Source of the DNA: Acholeplasmataceae bacterium
GTDB lineage: Bacteria; Bacillota_I; Bacilli_A; Acholeplasmatales; Acholeplasmataceae
Direction of reading: 5' to 3'
Assembly (NCBI GenBank): GCA_963667565.1
Contig: OY763415.1
Span: 384,001-448,000 of the forward strand
Length of the DNA stretch: 64,000 nt
The position numbers and the translations under genes are program-made. Shown here piece by piece: positions 28,776-39,248 of the stretch; positions within the stretch are counted from its first letter, which is position 1; each line of letters opens with the position of its first letter. The notes below the pieces were generated by a model. It was not told the DNA's origin and did no database searches. It saw only the letters and a list, made by a program, of their open reading frames with translations.

Positions 28776-31250
28776 ATGGCGATAAACAAAAAAATACAAC
28801 TAAATAAACATCATGGTTACTATTTTCCACTTTTTAATCGTTTGGGTATGAGAAGTTCTATTACTCCATATTTCCAAGGCGATTTAAAAACGGATCAACA
28901 TCACTATGCACTTGCTCCAATCTCTGAATTGGATTTATTTCATTTATCAACTTCAAGAAATGTTGTGTTTATGGTTGATGGGAAATCTTTTCATCTTAAT
29001 GGGTCTAGAGAAATTCAGCAACAAGATCAGTTAAGTGTCGAAGTTGATTTGCTCTACCAAAAAGTAACGAGAAAAAATGCGTTTAATCAAATTGAAGTTA
29101 CAAGTTTTGTCGCAAAAGACGAAATGATTGAATGCCATGAAATTATTTATACTAATTTAAGTGATGAAGTACAAACAGTTGATACAACAGTCGCTATTCC
29201 ACTTTATGGTAGAAGTGCTGATGTGATAAGAGATCATAGACATGTGACATCACTTTTAAATCAAATCGAAACCAACACATTTAGTGTATCAATGAAACCA
29301 ACATTATTATTTAATGAAAAGGGACATTTTACAAATCATACACATTATGCTGTGTTATCAAAATCAACACAAGCAAATATTGTTGGATTTATCCCTACAG
29401 TTGAGGATTATATTTTTGGTGGAACATATGAATATCCACAAGGATTAAATCATATTTATCCATCACACACAAAAATTGATGGTTATGAAGCTATGGGTGG
29501 TATAAAGTATGATGAAATTATACTAAAACCATCAGAAACTTTTAAATTTTATGTAGGTATCGCTATTTCAGAACATCAATTTGATGAAAACTCTTATGAT
29601 ACTTATTTAAATGAAGAAGGGTTTCACAAACATTTATTAGAAGCAAACAAGTCATTTGAATCCTATATTGATTTATTTGATTTTGAAATAGAAAACAATG
29701 AAACATCTAATCAATTAAGATGGGTTGCTCTTCAACCACTTCTTAGAAGATATTATGGCAATTCTTTCCTTCCTCATCATGATTATGGTCATGGTGGAAA
29801 AGGATGGCGCGATTTATGGCAAGATTTATTAGGTATGATCATGACCGGTGATAAGCAAGTCTTAGATTTGCTTTATGATAATTTTGCTGGTGTAAGAATT
29901 GATGGATCAAATGCAACCATTATTGGTGAAAAACCTGGTGAATTTATTGCAGACAGAAATTCAATTACGCGTGTTTGGTCAGATCATGGCGCTTGGCCAC
30001 TTTTGACTGTGAAAATGTACATTGATGAAACCAATGACTTAGATTTCTTGCTTAAAAAACAAACCTATTTCTTTGATCAATTCACGCATTATACACATCA
30101 AGTGAGAAAAGAAGATGTAAGACATCAAGACTATCAAGGGACACTTTTAGAGCATTTACTTTTACAAAATTTAGTTCCTATACATCATTTAGGTGCACAT
30201 GGTTATGTTAAATTAGAAGATGCTGATTGGAATGATGGTTTAGATATGGCAAAAGAGCATGGTGAAACCATTGCTTTTACGCACATGTATTTAAATAACC
30301 TTCGCATTTTAATTTCATTGATTGAAGCATTAGATGAAGAAACGTTTGAGTTATTTGATTCACTTCATATGCTACTTGAACCAACTGCAAAAATTGATCA
30401 TTTCTTTGATGAAGTTGAAACATTTAATGGTAAAGTCAAAAAGATTTCAAAAATGAAATTACTTGAAAAATTAGAGACTATTGTCAATCCTATGATTGAA
30501 TGGATCCAAAAAGAAGCATTCCAATATGATCGTTATGAAGCTTATTATAACGAAAAAGGTGAGCTTTTAGACCAAAAAGAAAATGTCAATCTAACAGGGC
30601 AAGCAATGGCATTGCTTTCACAAATTGCGACAGATGATCAAGCCATGAAATTAGCGATAAAAACAAAAGAAAAATTATTTGATGAGCACGTAGGTGGTTA
30701 TCATTTAAATTCTAGATATCATTCTCATATGGGTAGAGCATTTCAATTTGCATATAACCACAAAGAGAATGGGGCGATGTTTTCACACATGGCTGTGATG
30801 TATGCTTATGGCTTATATCAATATGATTTAGTTAATTTTGGTAGAGAAGCAGTCTTTACATTGCTCCACCAAGCACAAAAAGACGCATCAGATGTTTTAG
30901 TAGGTATTCCTGAATACTTTACTGAAAAAGGTGTGGGTAAATACAGTTACTTAACAGGTAGTGCAAGTTGGTTACTTAAATTAATAAGATCTGAAATATT
31001 TGGACTTTCATTTCATTTAGGAACGCTTACTTTAAAACCTAAACTAACAAAAGATGATTTTATTGATGGTCGTGCAAGTATTACAACAAAGATATTTAAT
31101 CAATTAACAAAAATAACTTATTATAATCCGAAAAATTTAGATGTTAATAAGTATCAAATCATAAAAATCAGCATGGATGGACAAGAAGTCCAAAATGAAT
31201 TTAGACATGTGAATGGAGATATTGAGGTATTTTTAGATGAAACTTTATGA
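28776..31250 (+). CDS. GH94 laminaribiose phosphorylase-like protein
   Basis: YGRSAD..RDHRHVTSLL, FLPHHDYG.GGKGWRDLWQD, GVRIDGSNATIIG, DHGAWP, ADWNDGLD, HKENGAMFSHM and YLTGSASW. Confidence 0.88.
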   Translation: MAINKKIQLNKHHGYYFPLFNRLGMRSSITPYFQGDLKTDQHHYALAPISELDLFHLSTSRNVVFMVDGKSFHLNGSREIQQQDQLSVEVDLLYQKVTRKNAFNQIEVTSFVAKDEMIECHEIIYTNLSDEVQTVDTTVAIPLYGRSADVIRDHRHVTSLLNQIETNTFSVSMKPTLLFNEKGHFTNHTHYAVLSKSTQANIVGFIPTVEDYIFGGTYEYPQGLNHIYPSHTKIDGYEAMGGIKYDEIILKPSETFKFYVGIAISEHQFDENSYDTYLNEEGFHKHLLEANKSFESYIDLFDFEIENNETSNQLRWVALQPLLRRYYGNSFLPHHDYGHGGKGWRDLWQDLLGMIMTGDKQVLDLLYDNFAGVRIDGSNATIIGEKPGEFIADRNSITRVWSDHGAWPLLTVKMYIDETNDLDFLLKKQTYFFDQFTHYTHQVRKEDVRHQDYQGTLLEHLLLQNLVPIHHLGAHGYVKLEDADWNDGLDMAKEHGETIAFTHMYLNNLRILISLIEALDEETFELFDSLHMLLEPTAKIDHFFDEVETFNGKVKKISKMKLLEKLETIVNPMIEWIQKEAFQYDRYEAYYNEKGELLDQKENVNLTGQAMALLSQIATDDQAMKLAIKTKEKLFDEHVGGYHLNSRYHSHMGRAFQFAYNHKENGAMFSHMAVMYAYGLYQYDLVNFGREAVFTLLHQAQKDASDVLVGIPEYFTEKGVGKYSYLTGSASWLLKLIRSEIFGLSFHLGTLTLKPKLTKDDFIDGRASITTKIFNQLTKITYYNPKNLDVNKYQIIKISMDGQEVQNEFRHVNGDIEVFLDETL

Positions 31251-31638
31251 TCAATACGACTTTAATGGTCAAGGATATCAAAAATTATTTCATTTTAATA
31301 GTTGGAGAATTGCAGAACTTAAATATATCGAAGAAATTGATTCAAGTGATGTGAATTTTCTAGAATGTCATTTAGAAACAGATGAAGTCTTTGTTTTATT
31401 TGAAGGACATTGCGATATGTGGTTTTATCAAAACAATGAACCAGGATCAAAATTTGAAAAAATCAGTTTGAAAAAACATGATGTTTACAGAATCCCAAAA
31501 GGTGTTTATCATGCACATCGACTTAGCTTGGATGCGAAAATCTTACTCATTGAAGAAGAAAACACATCAGATGGTAATTCAGATCGCATCTATTTAAATG
31601 AAGATGAGATGAAACATGCAAGAGGTTTATTAAAATGA
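31237..31638 (+). CDS. Cupin-fold protein
   Basis: Metal-binding cupin motifs ECHLETDEVFVL.EG and YRIPKGVYHAH. Confidence 0.75.
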   Translation: MKLYDQYDFNGQGYQKLFHFNSWRIAELKYIEEIDSSDVNFLECHLETDEVFVLFEGHCDMWFYQNNEPGSKFEKISLKKHDVYRIPKGVYHAHRLSLDAKILLIEEENTSDGNSDRIYLNEDEMKHARGLLK

Positions 31639-32357
31639 CATATAAATTGTTATGGCAAGATGAATTTTTAAATGATGGCAAACCAGATGAAAACATTTGG
31701 ACACTTGAGACTGGTGGACATGGTTTTGGAAATAATGAAGAACAGTATTATACAACTCAAGAAAAAAATGCTTATGTTAAAGATGGTCTGTTACATATAG
31801 TTGCTATTAAAGAGGCTTATGAACATAGAAATTATACATCAGCAAAACTCATCACCAAAGGAAAACAAAAGGTTGGTTATGGGAAATTAGAAGTCATGGC
31901 AAAACTTCCTAAAGGACTGGGCACTTGGCCAGCGATTTGGCTTTTAGGTGATAACATCAATGAAGTGGGATGGCCGATGTGTGGTGAGATTGATCTGATG
32001 GAACATGTAGGAAAAAATCCTGATCACATTCATTTCTCACTTCATTCAAAAAATTATAATCATCATATTGGTAATCAACCAACACATGTGTTTAATGAAG
32101 ACGAGTTTATTAATGAATTTCATTTATATCAAATGATATGGGATGAAAAAAGCATTTCGTTTCATTTAGATGATAAACATATTGTTACTTTTGAAAAAGG
32201 ACAAAAAAAGACAAATGCTGACTGGCCATTTGATCAAAGCTTTTATTTAATATTAAATTTAGCGATTGGTGGATGGTGGGGTGGTGACATTGATGATTCA
32301 ATGTTTCCAGTCGAGATGTTGGTCAAATATGTCAAAGTATACGAAAGATGTGATTAG
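31635..32357 (+). CDS. Cytoplasmic GH16 endo-beta-1,3-glucanase (laminarinase type)
   Basis: WQDEF, GNNEEQYY, WPAIW, GEIDLME (ExDxxE) and LNLAIGG; no signal peptide. Confidence 0.92.
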   Translation: MTYKLLWQDEFLNDGKPDENIWTLETGGHGFGNNEEQYYTTQEKNAYVKDGLLHIVAIKEAYEHRNYTSAKLITKGKQKVGYGKLEVMAKLPKGLGTWPAIWLLGDNINEVGWPMCGEIDLMEHVGKNPDHIHFSLHSKNYNHHIGNQPTHVFNEDEFINEFHLYQMIWDEKSISFHLDDKHIVTFEKGQKKTNADWPFDQSFYLILNLAIGGWWGGDIDDSMFPVEMLVKYVKVYERCD

Positions 32358-33383
32358 ATGGATCAAAAAAGAACAATTTATACCATTGCTAAAGAACTAA
32401 ATTTATCTCCAGGTACGATTTCTAAGATTTTAAATCAGACAGGAAATGTATCAGAACAAACAAGAGAGAGAGTACTTAAGTACATCAAAGAAGTAGGTTA
32501 TGTACCTGCGACTTCAGCAAGAATGCTTAAGTCAAAACGTACGTATAGCGTGGGCATTGTTTTTACTGAAGAATCTGATGTTGGATTAGAACATTCATTC
32601 TTCTCTAGTATTCTTCAACATTTCAAGAATTTTGTTGAAAAAGAAGGATACGAACTTAGTTTTATTGTAAAAAAATTAGGACAACATGAACTCTCATATT
32701 ATGATTGGGTTAAAAATAAAAAAGTTGACGGTGTTTATATCGTTGTAGGGAACTATGATGATCAAGGTTTATATGAATTAATTAACAGTTCTATACCTTG
32801 TATCTCAACCGATATGTTAGTCCCTGGACTTCATACAGTTATTAGTGATAATGAACAAGGTGTTAAGATTGTCTTAGATTATATCAAAGATGAACTTAAG
32901 AAAGAAAAAGTTGCATTCATATCAGGACCACAATCATCGAAAGCATTCGTTGAGCGTAGTCATATTTTTGAAGATTATGCAAAAACATTAGGACTTAAGC
33001 AAGTCTCACCCGTCATTTATGCTGAAAGCTTTGGGTTTACAAGTGGTTATAATGCAGCTAAAGAACTATTAAGTGAAAAGACATTACCAGAAGTCATATT
33101 CGTATCAAGTGATGATATTGCGCTTGGTGTGATGAAATATATTAAAGATGCAGGTTATGATATTCCAACTGACATTAAAGTTATTGGATTTGATGATATT
33201 GCATTTGCTAAACATTTCACCCCTTCACTGACTACAGTACAACAAGATAGAAAATTATTAGGTGAAACCGCAGGTAAATTACTCATTGATTTAATAGAAC
33301 ATCCAGAAGTTAAGTTTAATGAAGTCGTTAAATTACCTGTTAAACTCATTAAAAGAGCATCAACAGAATCAAAAAACGACTAA
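32358..33383 (+). CDS. LacI-family transcriptional regulator
   Basis: TIYTIAKELNLSPGTISKILN HTH, GFDD and PSLTTVQQD. Confidence 0.93.
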   Translation: MDQKRTIYTIAKELNLSPGTISKILNQTGNVSEQTRERVLKYIKEVGYVPATSARMLKSKRTYSVGIVFTEESDVGLEHSFFSSILQHFKNFVEKEGYELSFIVKKLGQHELSYYDWVKNKKVDGVYIVVGNYDDQGLYELINSSIPCISTDMLVPGLHTVISDNEQGVKIVLDYIKDELKKEKVAFISGPQSSKAFVERSHIFEDYAKTLGLKQVSPVIYAESFGFTSGYNAAKELLSEKTLPEVIFVSSDDIALGVMKYIKDAGYDIPTDIKVIGFDDIAFAKHFTPSLTTVQQDRKLLGETAGKLLIDLIEHPEVKFNEVVKLPVKLIKRASTESKND

Positions 33384-33388
33384 AATAA

Positions 33389-33446
33389 TTGAAAACGGTT
33401 ACACATTGTGATATGATAATAATATCATACGAAAGAAACCGATTTC
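33389..33446 (+). promoter_or_regulatory. Promoter of the phosphorylase/transport operon with cre-like and LacI-type operators
   Basis: TTGAAA (33389-94), 17 nt, TATGAT (33412-17) with extended TG; TGAAAACGGTTACA (33390-403) matches TGWAANCGNTNWCA; GAAACCGATTTC (33435-46) is identical to 28748-59. Confidence 0.78.
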
Positions 33447-33464
33447 CTTGTAAGGAGATATAGG

Positions 33465-36400
33465 ATGGAAAAAGAAAAAAAATACACTTATAAAATTGAA
33501 GATTATCAAAAACAAAAACCATTCTCAAGCTTTTTATCTGGTATCGCAGGTAAAATGGGTTTACCTCTTTGGGCTTTTTATGTGAATAGAGGACAACTCA
33601 TTGCTGGTTTTGGTTCTAGAGATAAGAATGGTGCGATTATGGAGTTCTATCCTGCAAACCTTGCTTATCATTATGTATCAACAATCGGATTTAGAACATT
33701 CATCAAATATAATGGCATTGTTCATGAATGTTTTAAAGAAATAAATCCAAATCAGACATTAGAAGTCAAAAGAGATGAAGTCATCATCAGCGAATATGTC
33801 AAAGATTTTGGATTAAAAATTACAGTGACATATTTAACACTTCCAAATGAGGACTTATCAGGACTTGTTAGAAAAGTTAAATTAGAATCAGATAAAGTTT
33901 TAAAAGATGTTGAAGTGATTGATGGATTAGCTCAAATTCTTCCATATGGTATTGATTACGGCGGATATAAAGCTGTATCAAACTTATTGCAAAGTTGGAT
34001 GGAAGTTGAAACAAGTAGTTATGCATTCTTTAAATTAAGAGCATCGACAGCAGATGAAGCAGAAGTAGAAATGATGACTGAAGGAAATTTCTATTATGCA
34101 ACATCACAAGTTAAACCTTTATATGTATATGATTACAAATTAATCTTTGATCAAGATGCATCACTAGTCACACCTTATGGATTCATAGAGCACAGTGTGA
34201 ATCAGTTAAGAGATCTTGAACAAACACATGTTAATCAAGTCCCATGTGGGATGTCAGCTTATCATTTTGATGAGATTAAGGATGTTGTTCAAATTGATAG
34301 TTTATTTGGTTATAGCCATGATGAGCATCAATTAGGACATATACTATCAAAATATGACAATAATTATTTTGATTTAAAACAAAAACAAAACACCATACTT
34401 CATGATGAAGTGTGTGATGTGATAGAAACAAAATCAGCATTTCCCATTTTTGATGAATATTTAAAGCAATGTTATTTTGATAATATGCTTAGAGGTGGAA
34501 AACCGTTGATCTTTGATACAAAAGATGGTCAAGTTGGATACCATATATATTCAAGAAAGCATGGGGATTTAGAAAGAGATTACAATTTCTTTTCATTAGA
34601 ACCAGCATTTTACTCTCAAGGTAATGGAAACTTTAGAGATGTTTTGCAAAACAGAAGAAATGATTTATTATTTGATGCAAGACTTAAAGATTTTAATGTA
34701 TTAATGTTTGCTGCATTTATCCAATTAGATGGATACAATCCGCTTTCGATTGAAGGACTTAAGTTTAAATTTGAAGGTGACGCATCGATCTATCCTAAGA
34801 AAGTACAAGATCTTATCAAAGATTTATATACACCAGGGAAACTTGCGATGGTCTTGGATGAAGAAAAACTTGATGTCAATGAGCTTTTAAAAGAAATCAT
34901 GGCACAATCTATTCATGAATATCAAGCAGTCTTTGGTGAAGGATATTGGGAAGATCATTTTACGTATTTAATTGATTCAATGATTTCATATGAATCCATT
35001 TATCCTGATCAAATGAAGACATTACTTTTTGATAAAAAGGTTCAATCATTTAAATCACCAGTCAAAGTAAATCCAAGAAAATTAAAATATGTTAAAACAA
35101 AACACGGTACCATCAGACAATATGGATCAATCCATCATTTAGAAGATGATCATCAAAAATGGGTGATGGTTAACGAAGAAAAATTAAACTTAAGCGTTTA
35201 TATGAAATTATTCATTTTAGCACTTAATAAATTTGCACATTTAGATCCATTTGGTATTGGACTTTCATACGAAGGTAATAAACCTGGATGGAATGATGCG
35301 GCTAATGGTCTTCCAGGACTCTTTGGCTCTGGCGTTTCAGAAATGTTTGAACTTAAACGTATTGTTACATTCTTACTTAAGTATCAACCACAACATGATT
35401 TAGAAAGTATTAAACCATTAAAACCATTATTGGATGCGTGCATGTTATCACATCAAGATCAAATGATTAGATGGAATCAATATATGGATGCTTTAGAAAA
35501 CTATAGAGAAGCACTTCAAGAACCATTAGAAAAGATGATGATTTCTAAAGAAGATATACTTGATAGTCTAACGCATATGAATTTTGTACTTGCTGAAGCA
35601 GTACAAAGAGCAAAATCTATCAATCCAATCATGCCGACATATTTAACATATGAAGCAACGTCATATGAAGAAAATCTAACAGAAGATCAAAAACCGTTGA
35701 TTGGTGAATATGGTCTTCCAACAGTGACAGTTCACAGTTTTGAAATGCGTCCACTCCCTTCATTTTTAGAAGGACCTGCAAGATATTATAAATTAGATGA
35801 TCATCAAGGCGAAGAAGCGCTTCATGAAGAAGTTTTAAAAAGTGAATTATATGATAAAACACTTCATATGTTTCAAACAAGTGTGTCTCTAGATGATGAA
35901 TCATTTGAAATTGGAAGATTAAAAGCTTTCACCAAAGGATGGCTTGAACGTGAATCAAACTTCCTACATATGACCTATAAATATTTATTTGGATTACTTA
36001 AATCTAAACAATATGAAAGTTTTTATGAACTTATTCAAACAAACTTCACATGTTTTATGGATCCTTTAGTTTATGGTAGATCACCAGTGGAAAATTCAAG
36101 TTTCATTGCACCTTCTAATAATCCAGATCCTAGAAAACGTGGTCAAGGATTTGTTTCAAGATTATCAGGATCAACAGCTGAAGTCTTATCCATGTGGCAA
36201 TATATGTTCTTCGGACCTCACATGTTTGAAGTAGAAGATGAAGTACTCACATTTAAATTAGAACCAGCTATAGATCAAAAATTCTTTAAAGATGGCATCT
36301 TAGAAACAACATTATTAGGAAATATAAAAGTCATTTATCATTATGAGGGTCAAAAGCCAACTTATGATAAAGATGTTAAAGTCGATCATATGGTGATGTA

Positions 36401-36521
36401 TCACAAAGATGGTCGCGTAGAAACTTTTGGTTCAAAAGTTTATGATGTTTGGGCAAAAGATGTTAGAGAAAATCACATCTTTAAAATAGAGGTATTTATT
36501 AAGGAGGAAAATAATAAATGA
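33465..36521 (+). CDS. Beta-1,3-glucan phosphorylase, GH161-like
   Basis: FSSFL.GIAG..G.PLWAFYVNRGQ, YSRKHGDLERDYN, QGNGNFRDV.QNRRND, GEGYW.DH, KPGWNDA.NGLPGLFGS, GWLE.ES.FLHM.YKY and RLSGSTAE. Confidence 0.8.
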   Translation: MEKEKKYTYKIEDYQKQKPFSSFLSGIAGKMGLPLWAFYVNRGQLIAGFGSRDKNGAIMEFYPANLAYHYVSTIGFRTFIKYNGIVHECFKEINPNQTLEVKRDEVIISEYVKDFGLKITVTYLTLPNEDLSGLVRKVKLESDKVLKDVEVIDGLAQILPYGIDYGGYKAVSNLLQSWMEVETSSYAFFKLRASTADEAEVEMMTEGNFYYATSQVKPLYVYDYKLIFDQDASLVTPYGFIEHSVNQLRDLEQTHVNQVPCGMSAYHFDEIKDVVQIDSLFGYSHDEHQLGHILSKYDNNYFDLKQKQNTILHDEVCDVIETKSAFPIFDEYLKQCYFDNMLRGGKPLIFDTKDGQVGYHIYSRKHGDLERDYNFFSLEPAFYSQGNGNFRDVLQNRRNDLLFDARLKDFNVLMFAAFIQLDGYNPLSIEGLKFKFEGDASIYPKKVQDLIKDLYTPGKLAMVLDEEKLDVNELLKEIMAQSIHEYQAVFGEGYWEDHFTYLIDSMISYESIYPDQMKTLLFDKKVQSFKSPVKVNPRKLKYVKTKHGTIRQYGSIHHLEDDHQKWVMVNEEKLNLSVYMKLFILALNKFAHLDPFGIGLSYEGNKPGWNDAANGLPGLFGSGVSEMFELKRIVTFLLKYQPQHDLESIKPLKPLLDACMLSHQDQMIRWNQYMDALENYREALQEPLEKMMISKEDILDSLTHMNFVLAEAVQRAKSINPIMPTYLTYEATSYEENLTEDQKPLIGEYGLPTVTVHSFEMRPLPSFLEGPARYYKLDDHQGEEALHEEVLKSELYDKTLHMFQTSVSLDDESFEIGRLKAFTKGWLERESNFLHMTYKYLFGLLKSKQYESFYELIQTNFTCFMDPLVYGRSPVENSSFIAPSNNPDPRKRGQGFVSRLSGSTAEVLSMWQYMFFGPHMFEVEDEVLTFKLEPAIDQKFFKDGILETTLLGNIKVIYHYEGQKPTYDKDVKVDHMVMYHKDGRVETFGSKVYDVWAKDVRENHIFKIEVFIKEENNK

Positions 36522-39238
36522 GAAAGAGAGTATTATTTTTAAGCCTACTTGCTGTTGTTGGTTTATTCTTAGTCGCGTGTAATAAAACGACAGAATTAAC
36601 ATCAATTACAATTAGTGGTGCAGACAACGTTACGCTAGACTTCCAAGCTACATTTAATGTGCTAGACGGTGTAACTGCTTTAGGTAATGATGGTGTTGAT
36701 TATACAGATCAAATCACTTATGTTTCAACATCAGATATTACAGATGATCTATTAGATACAACTGCTACAGGTAATCATGCAATTCAATATAACGTTTCTG
36801 TTGGAGAAGTTTTAGCTCAAACATGGCGCTATATTACTGTTAGTGAACCACAAGCTGAAGAAGGCCAAATGTTAGTTAACCCTGATTTCGCTACTGGGAC
36901 AACTGGTTGGGATTCTGACAGTGTAGTTTATCAAGCTGATGGTGGTACGATTGCATTAACAAATGAAGATGGTGCATTGAAAGCTGAAGTTGTTGCTGGT
37001 TCAAATCCATATACACCAAGATTTGGTCAAATGAATGTTCCATTTGAAAATGGTGTAACTTATTTAATTTCATTTGATGCTAAATCATCTGCTGAAAAGA
37101 TTATTAATTTACAAGTTGGTGAATTATTATCTGCAGATCCTTATTTCACAGATTTCAAACCAGGTGTAGTTATTCATAAGACAATTACAACTGATTGGGC
37201 AACTTATTCTTATAAGTTTACGATGAATCAACCTGAAACTAATCATCGTGGTGGATTATTATTTGAATTAGGTACTGTTGAATCACAAACTGTTGATGCA
37301 ACAATGTGGTTTGATAACATTAAAGTAGAAGTTTCTACACCAGATGCTGATGAAACTGCTCCAGCATTTGCAGGTGTAAATGCAACTAAACAAATTTATG
37401 TTGACTCAGTTTATGATCCAATGGCTGGTGTATCTGCATTTGACGCATTAGATGGCGATGTCACTGCTGATATTACTTATGTCATAACTGACGAAAATGA
37501 TGCTGTTGTTGATACATTAAGCACAAGTGCTGCTGGTAATTATACAATTACTTATTCAGTGACTGATGCTGCTGGTAACACACAAACTGCAGTTACTCTA
37601 TTGTCAATCGTAGAAGCACCACTTGACACTTATGCACTTCCTGAATGGAGAGCATTTGCAAACACTTGGGAAGGTTCTGACGTATCATTATATGGTATGA
37701 ATGGACAAATGGTTCTTATGATTAACAATGCTAATTTCTATGAATCATGGCAATTACAAATCATTCAAGATCAATTTGCTCTTGGTGGATTAGTTGATAA
37801 TGAAGGTAGTATGCAACTTGTTGCAGGTCAAACTTATAAAGTAACATTTGATGCTAAATCATCTGTAGCTGGTGATTTCGCTGTTCAAATCGGAAGTAGC
37901 CTTCCAAGCTGGGTAGCTTATCATAGTGAAACATTATCAGTTACTAATGAAATGCAAACATTCTCATTTGATTTTACATTAGATGCTGCTGGTGATTATA
38001 CAAGTAAAGCACAATTCAAACTTGAATTAGGTGGATTATTTGGATCAGCAGTTGCTGGTGATTCATTCAAACTTGACAATGTTAAGATTGAAGAATTAGA
38101 TACTGATGGTGTAACATTCATCGACGCTAACTTAATCGTTGCTGGTGATATGGAAAAAGTCGTTTACCAATTAGAAGAATGGAGAGCATTCTCAAATACA
38201 TGGGAAGGTTCAACAACAACTTTAGCTGGTATTAATGGACAAATGGTATTAACAGTTACTGGTTCTAATTTCTCTCAAGGATGGCATTTACAAATTATCC
38301 AAGATGCATTTGCATTAGGTACTGGTGAAGATAATGTAGGTAGTATGCAACTAGTTGCAGGTCAAACTTACAAAGTAACATTTGATGCTAAATCATCTAT
38401 TGAAGGCGATTTTGCATTACAAATTGGTAGTAGTATTCCAAGCTGGGTTGCATATCATAGTGAAACTTTATCAGTAACACAACAAATGCAAACGTTCACT
38501 GTAGAATTTACATTAGATGCAGCTGGTGATTTCACATCTCCTGCACAATTCAAACTTGAATTAGGTACATTATTTACAGGTGCTCCAGTGGGTGCAACAT
38601 TCACACTTGATAACGTTGTTATCCAAGAATTAGATACTGATGGTGTCACATATATTGATGCTGGTCTTATTGAAAATGGTGCTATGGATATAGAATTATA
38701 TCAAGCTGAAGCATGGAGAGCATTCTCTAACTCATGGGAAGGTTCTAATGTTACTTTAACTGGTATGAATGGACAATTAGTCTTAAATATTCTTAGTGGT
38801 AATTTCTATGAAGGATGGCATTTACAACTTATCCAAGATCAATTTGCAATTGATGGTATCACAGATAACGAAGGTAGTATTCAATTTGTTGCTGGTGAAA
38901 CATACAGAGTTACTTTTGATGCAAAAGCATCAATCGCTGGTGATTTCGCATTACAAATTGGTAGTAGCATTCCAAGCTGGGTTGCATATCATAGTGAAAC
39001 TTTATCAGTAACAACTGATATGCAAACATTTACAGTTGACTTTACATTAGATGCAGCTGGCGATTTCACATCACCTGCTCAATTCAAACTTGAATTAGGT
39101 AATTTATTCGCTGGTGCACAAACTGGTCAATTCGTACTTGACAATGTATTAATTCAAAAATTAGACACTGATGGAGTAACTTACGTTGACGCTGATTTCA
39201 TCGTTAATGGTACTATGGATCCAACTCCTGTTGTCTAA
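36518..39238 (+). CDS. Surface lipoprotein with Ig-like spacers and four CBM4/9-like carbohydrate-binding modules
   Basis: Lipobox LVAC; Ig-like F..LDGVTA and YDPMAGVSAFDA.DGDVT segments; four Y.(I/V).FDAK / F.LDNV beta-sandwich modules; no catalytic motif seen. Confidence 0.8.
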   Translation: MRKRVLFLSLLAVVGLFLVACNKTTELTSITISGADNVTLDFQATFNVLDGVTALGNDGVDYTDQITYVSTSDITDDLLDTTATGNHAIQYNVSVGEVLAQTWRYITVSEPQAEEGQMLVNPDFATGTTGWDSDSVVYQADGGTIALTNEDGALKAEVVAGSNPYTPRFGQMNVPFENGVTYLISFDAKSSAEKIINLQVGELLSADPYFTDFKPGVVIHKTITTDWATYSYKFTMNQPETNHRGGLLFELGTVESQTVDATMWFDNIKVEVSTPDADETAPAFAGVNATKQIYVDSVYDPMAGVSAFDALDGDVTADITYVITDENDAVVDTLSTSAAGNYTITYSVTDAAGNTQTAVTLLSIVEAPLDTYALPEWRAFANTWEGSDVSLYGMNGQMVLMINNANFYESWQLQIIQDQFALGGLVDNEGSMQLVAGQTYKVTFDAKSSVAGDFAVQIGSSLPSWVAYHSETLSVTNEMQTFSFDFTLDAAGDYTSKAQFKLELGGLFGSAVAGDSFKLDNVKIEELDTDGVTFIDANLIVAGDMEKVVYQLEEWRAFSNTWEGSTTTLAGINGQMVLTVTGSNFSQGWHLQIIQDAFALGTGEDNVGSMQLVAGQTYKVTFDAKSSIEGDFALQIGSSIPSWVAYHSETLSVTQQMQTFTVEFTLDAAGDFTSPAQFKLELGTLFTGAPVGATFTLDNVVIQELDTDGVTYIDAGLIENGAMDIELYQAEAWRAFSNSWEGSNVTLTGMNGQLVLNILSGNFYEGWHLQLIQDQFAIDGITDNEGSIQFVAGETYRVTFDAKASIAGDFALQIGSSIPSWVAYHSETLSVTTDMQTFTVDFTLDAAGDFTSPAQFKLELGNLFAGAQTGQFVLDNVLIQKLDTDGVTYVDADFIVNGTMDPTPVV
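37646..39220 (+). repeat. Three tandem intragenic 534 bp (178 aa) repeats
   Basis: TGGAGAGCATT (WRAF) at 37646, 38180 and 38714; shared SWVAYHSETLSVT and AQFKLELG. Confidence 0.9.
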
Positions 39239-39248
39239 GGAGGAAATA

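Noticed and set aside
33465..36521. Cellobiose/cellodextrin phosphorylase (GH94) call
   Set aside because: Motifs (SRKHGDLERDYN, QGNGNFRDV) and the GH16 context fit a GH161-like beta-1,3-glucan phosphorylase better
39186..39248. Extended N-termini in the ORF track (also 5607, 25082, 51034, 59897, 62788)
   Set aside because: Downstream ATGs have proper RBSs and/or restore signal peptides or family-typical N-termini
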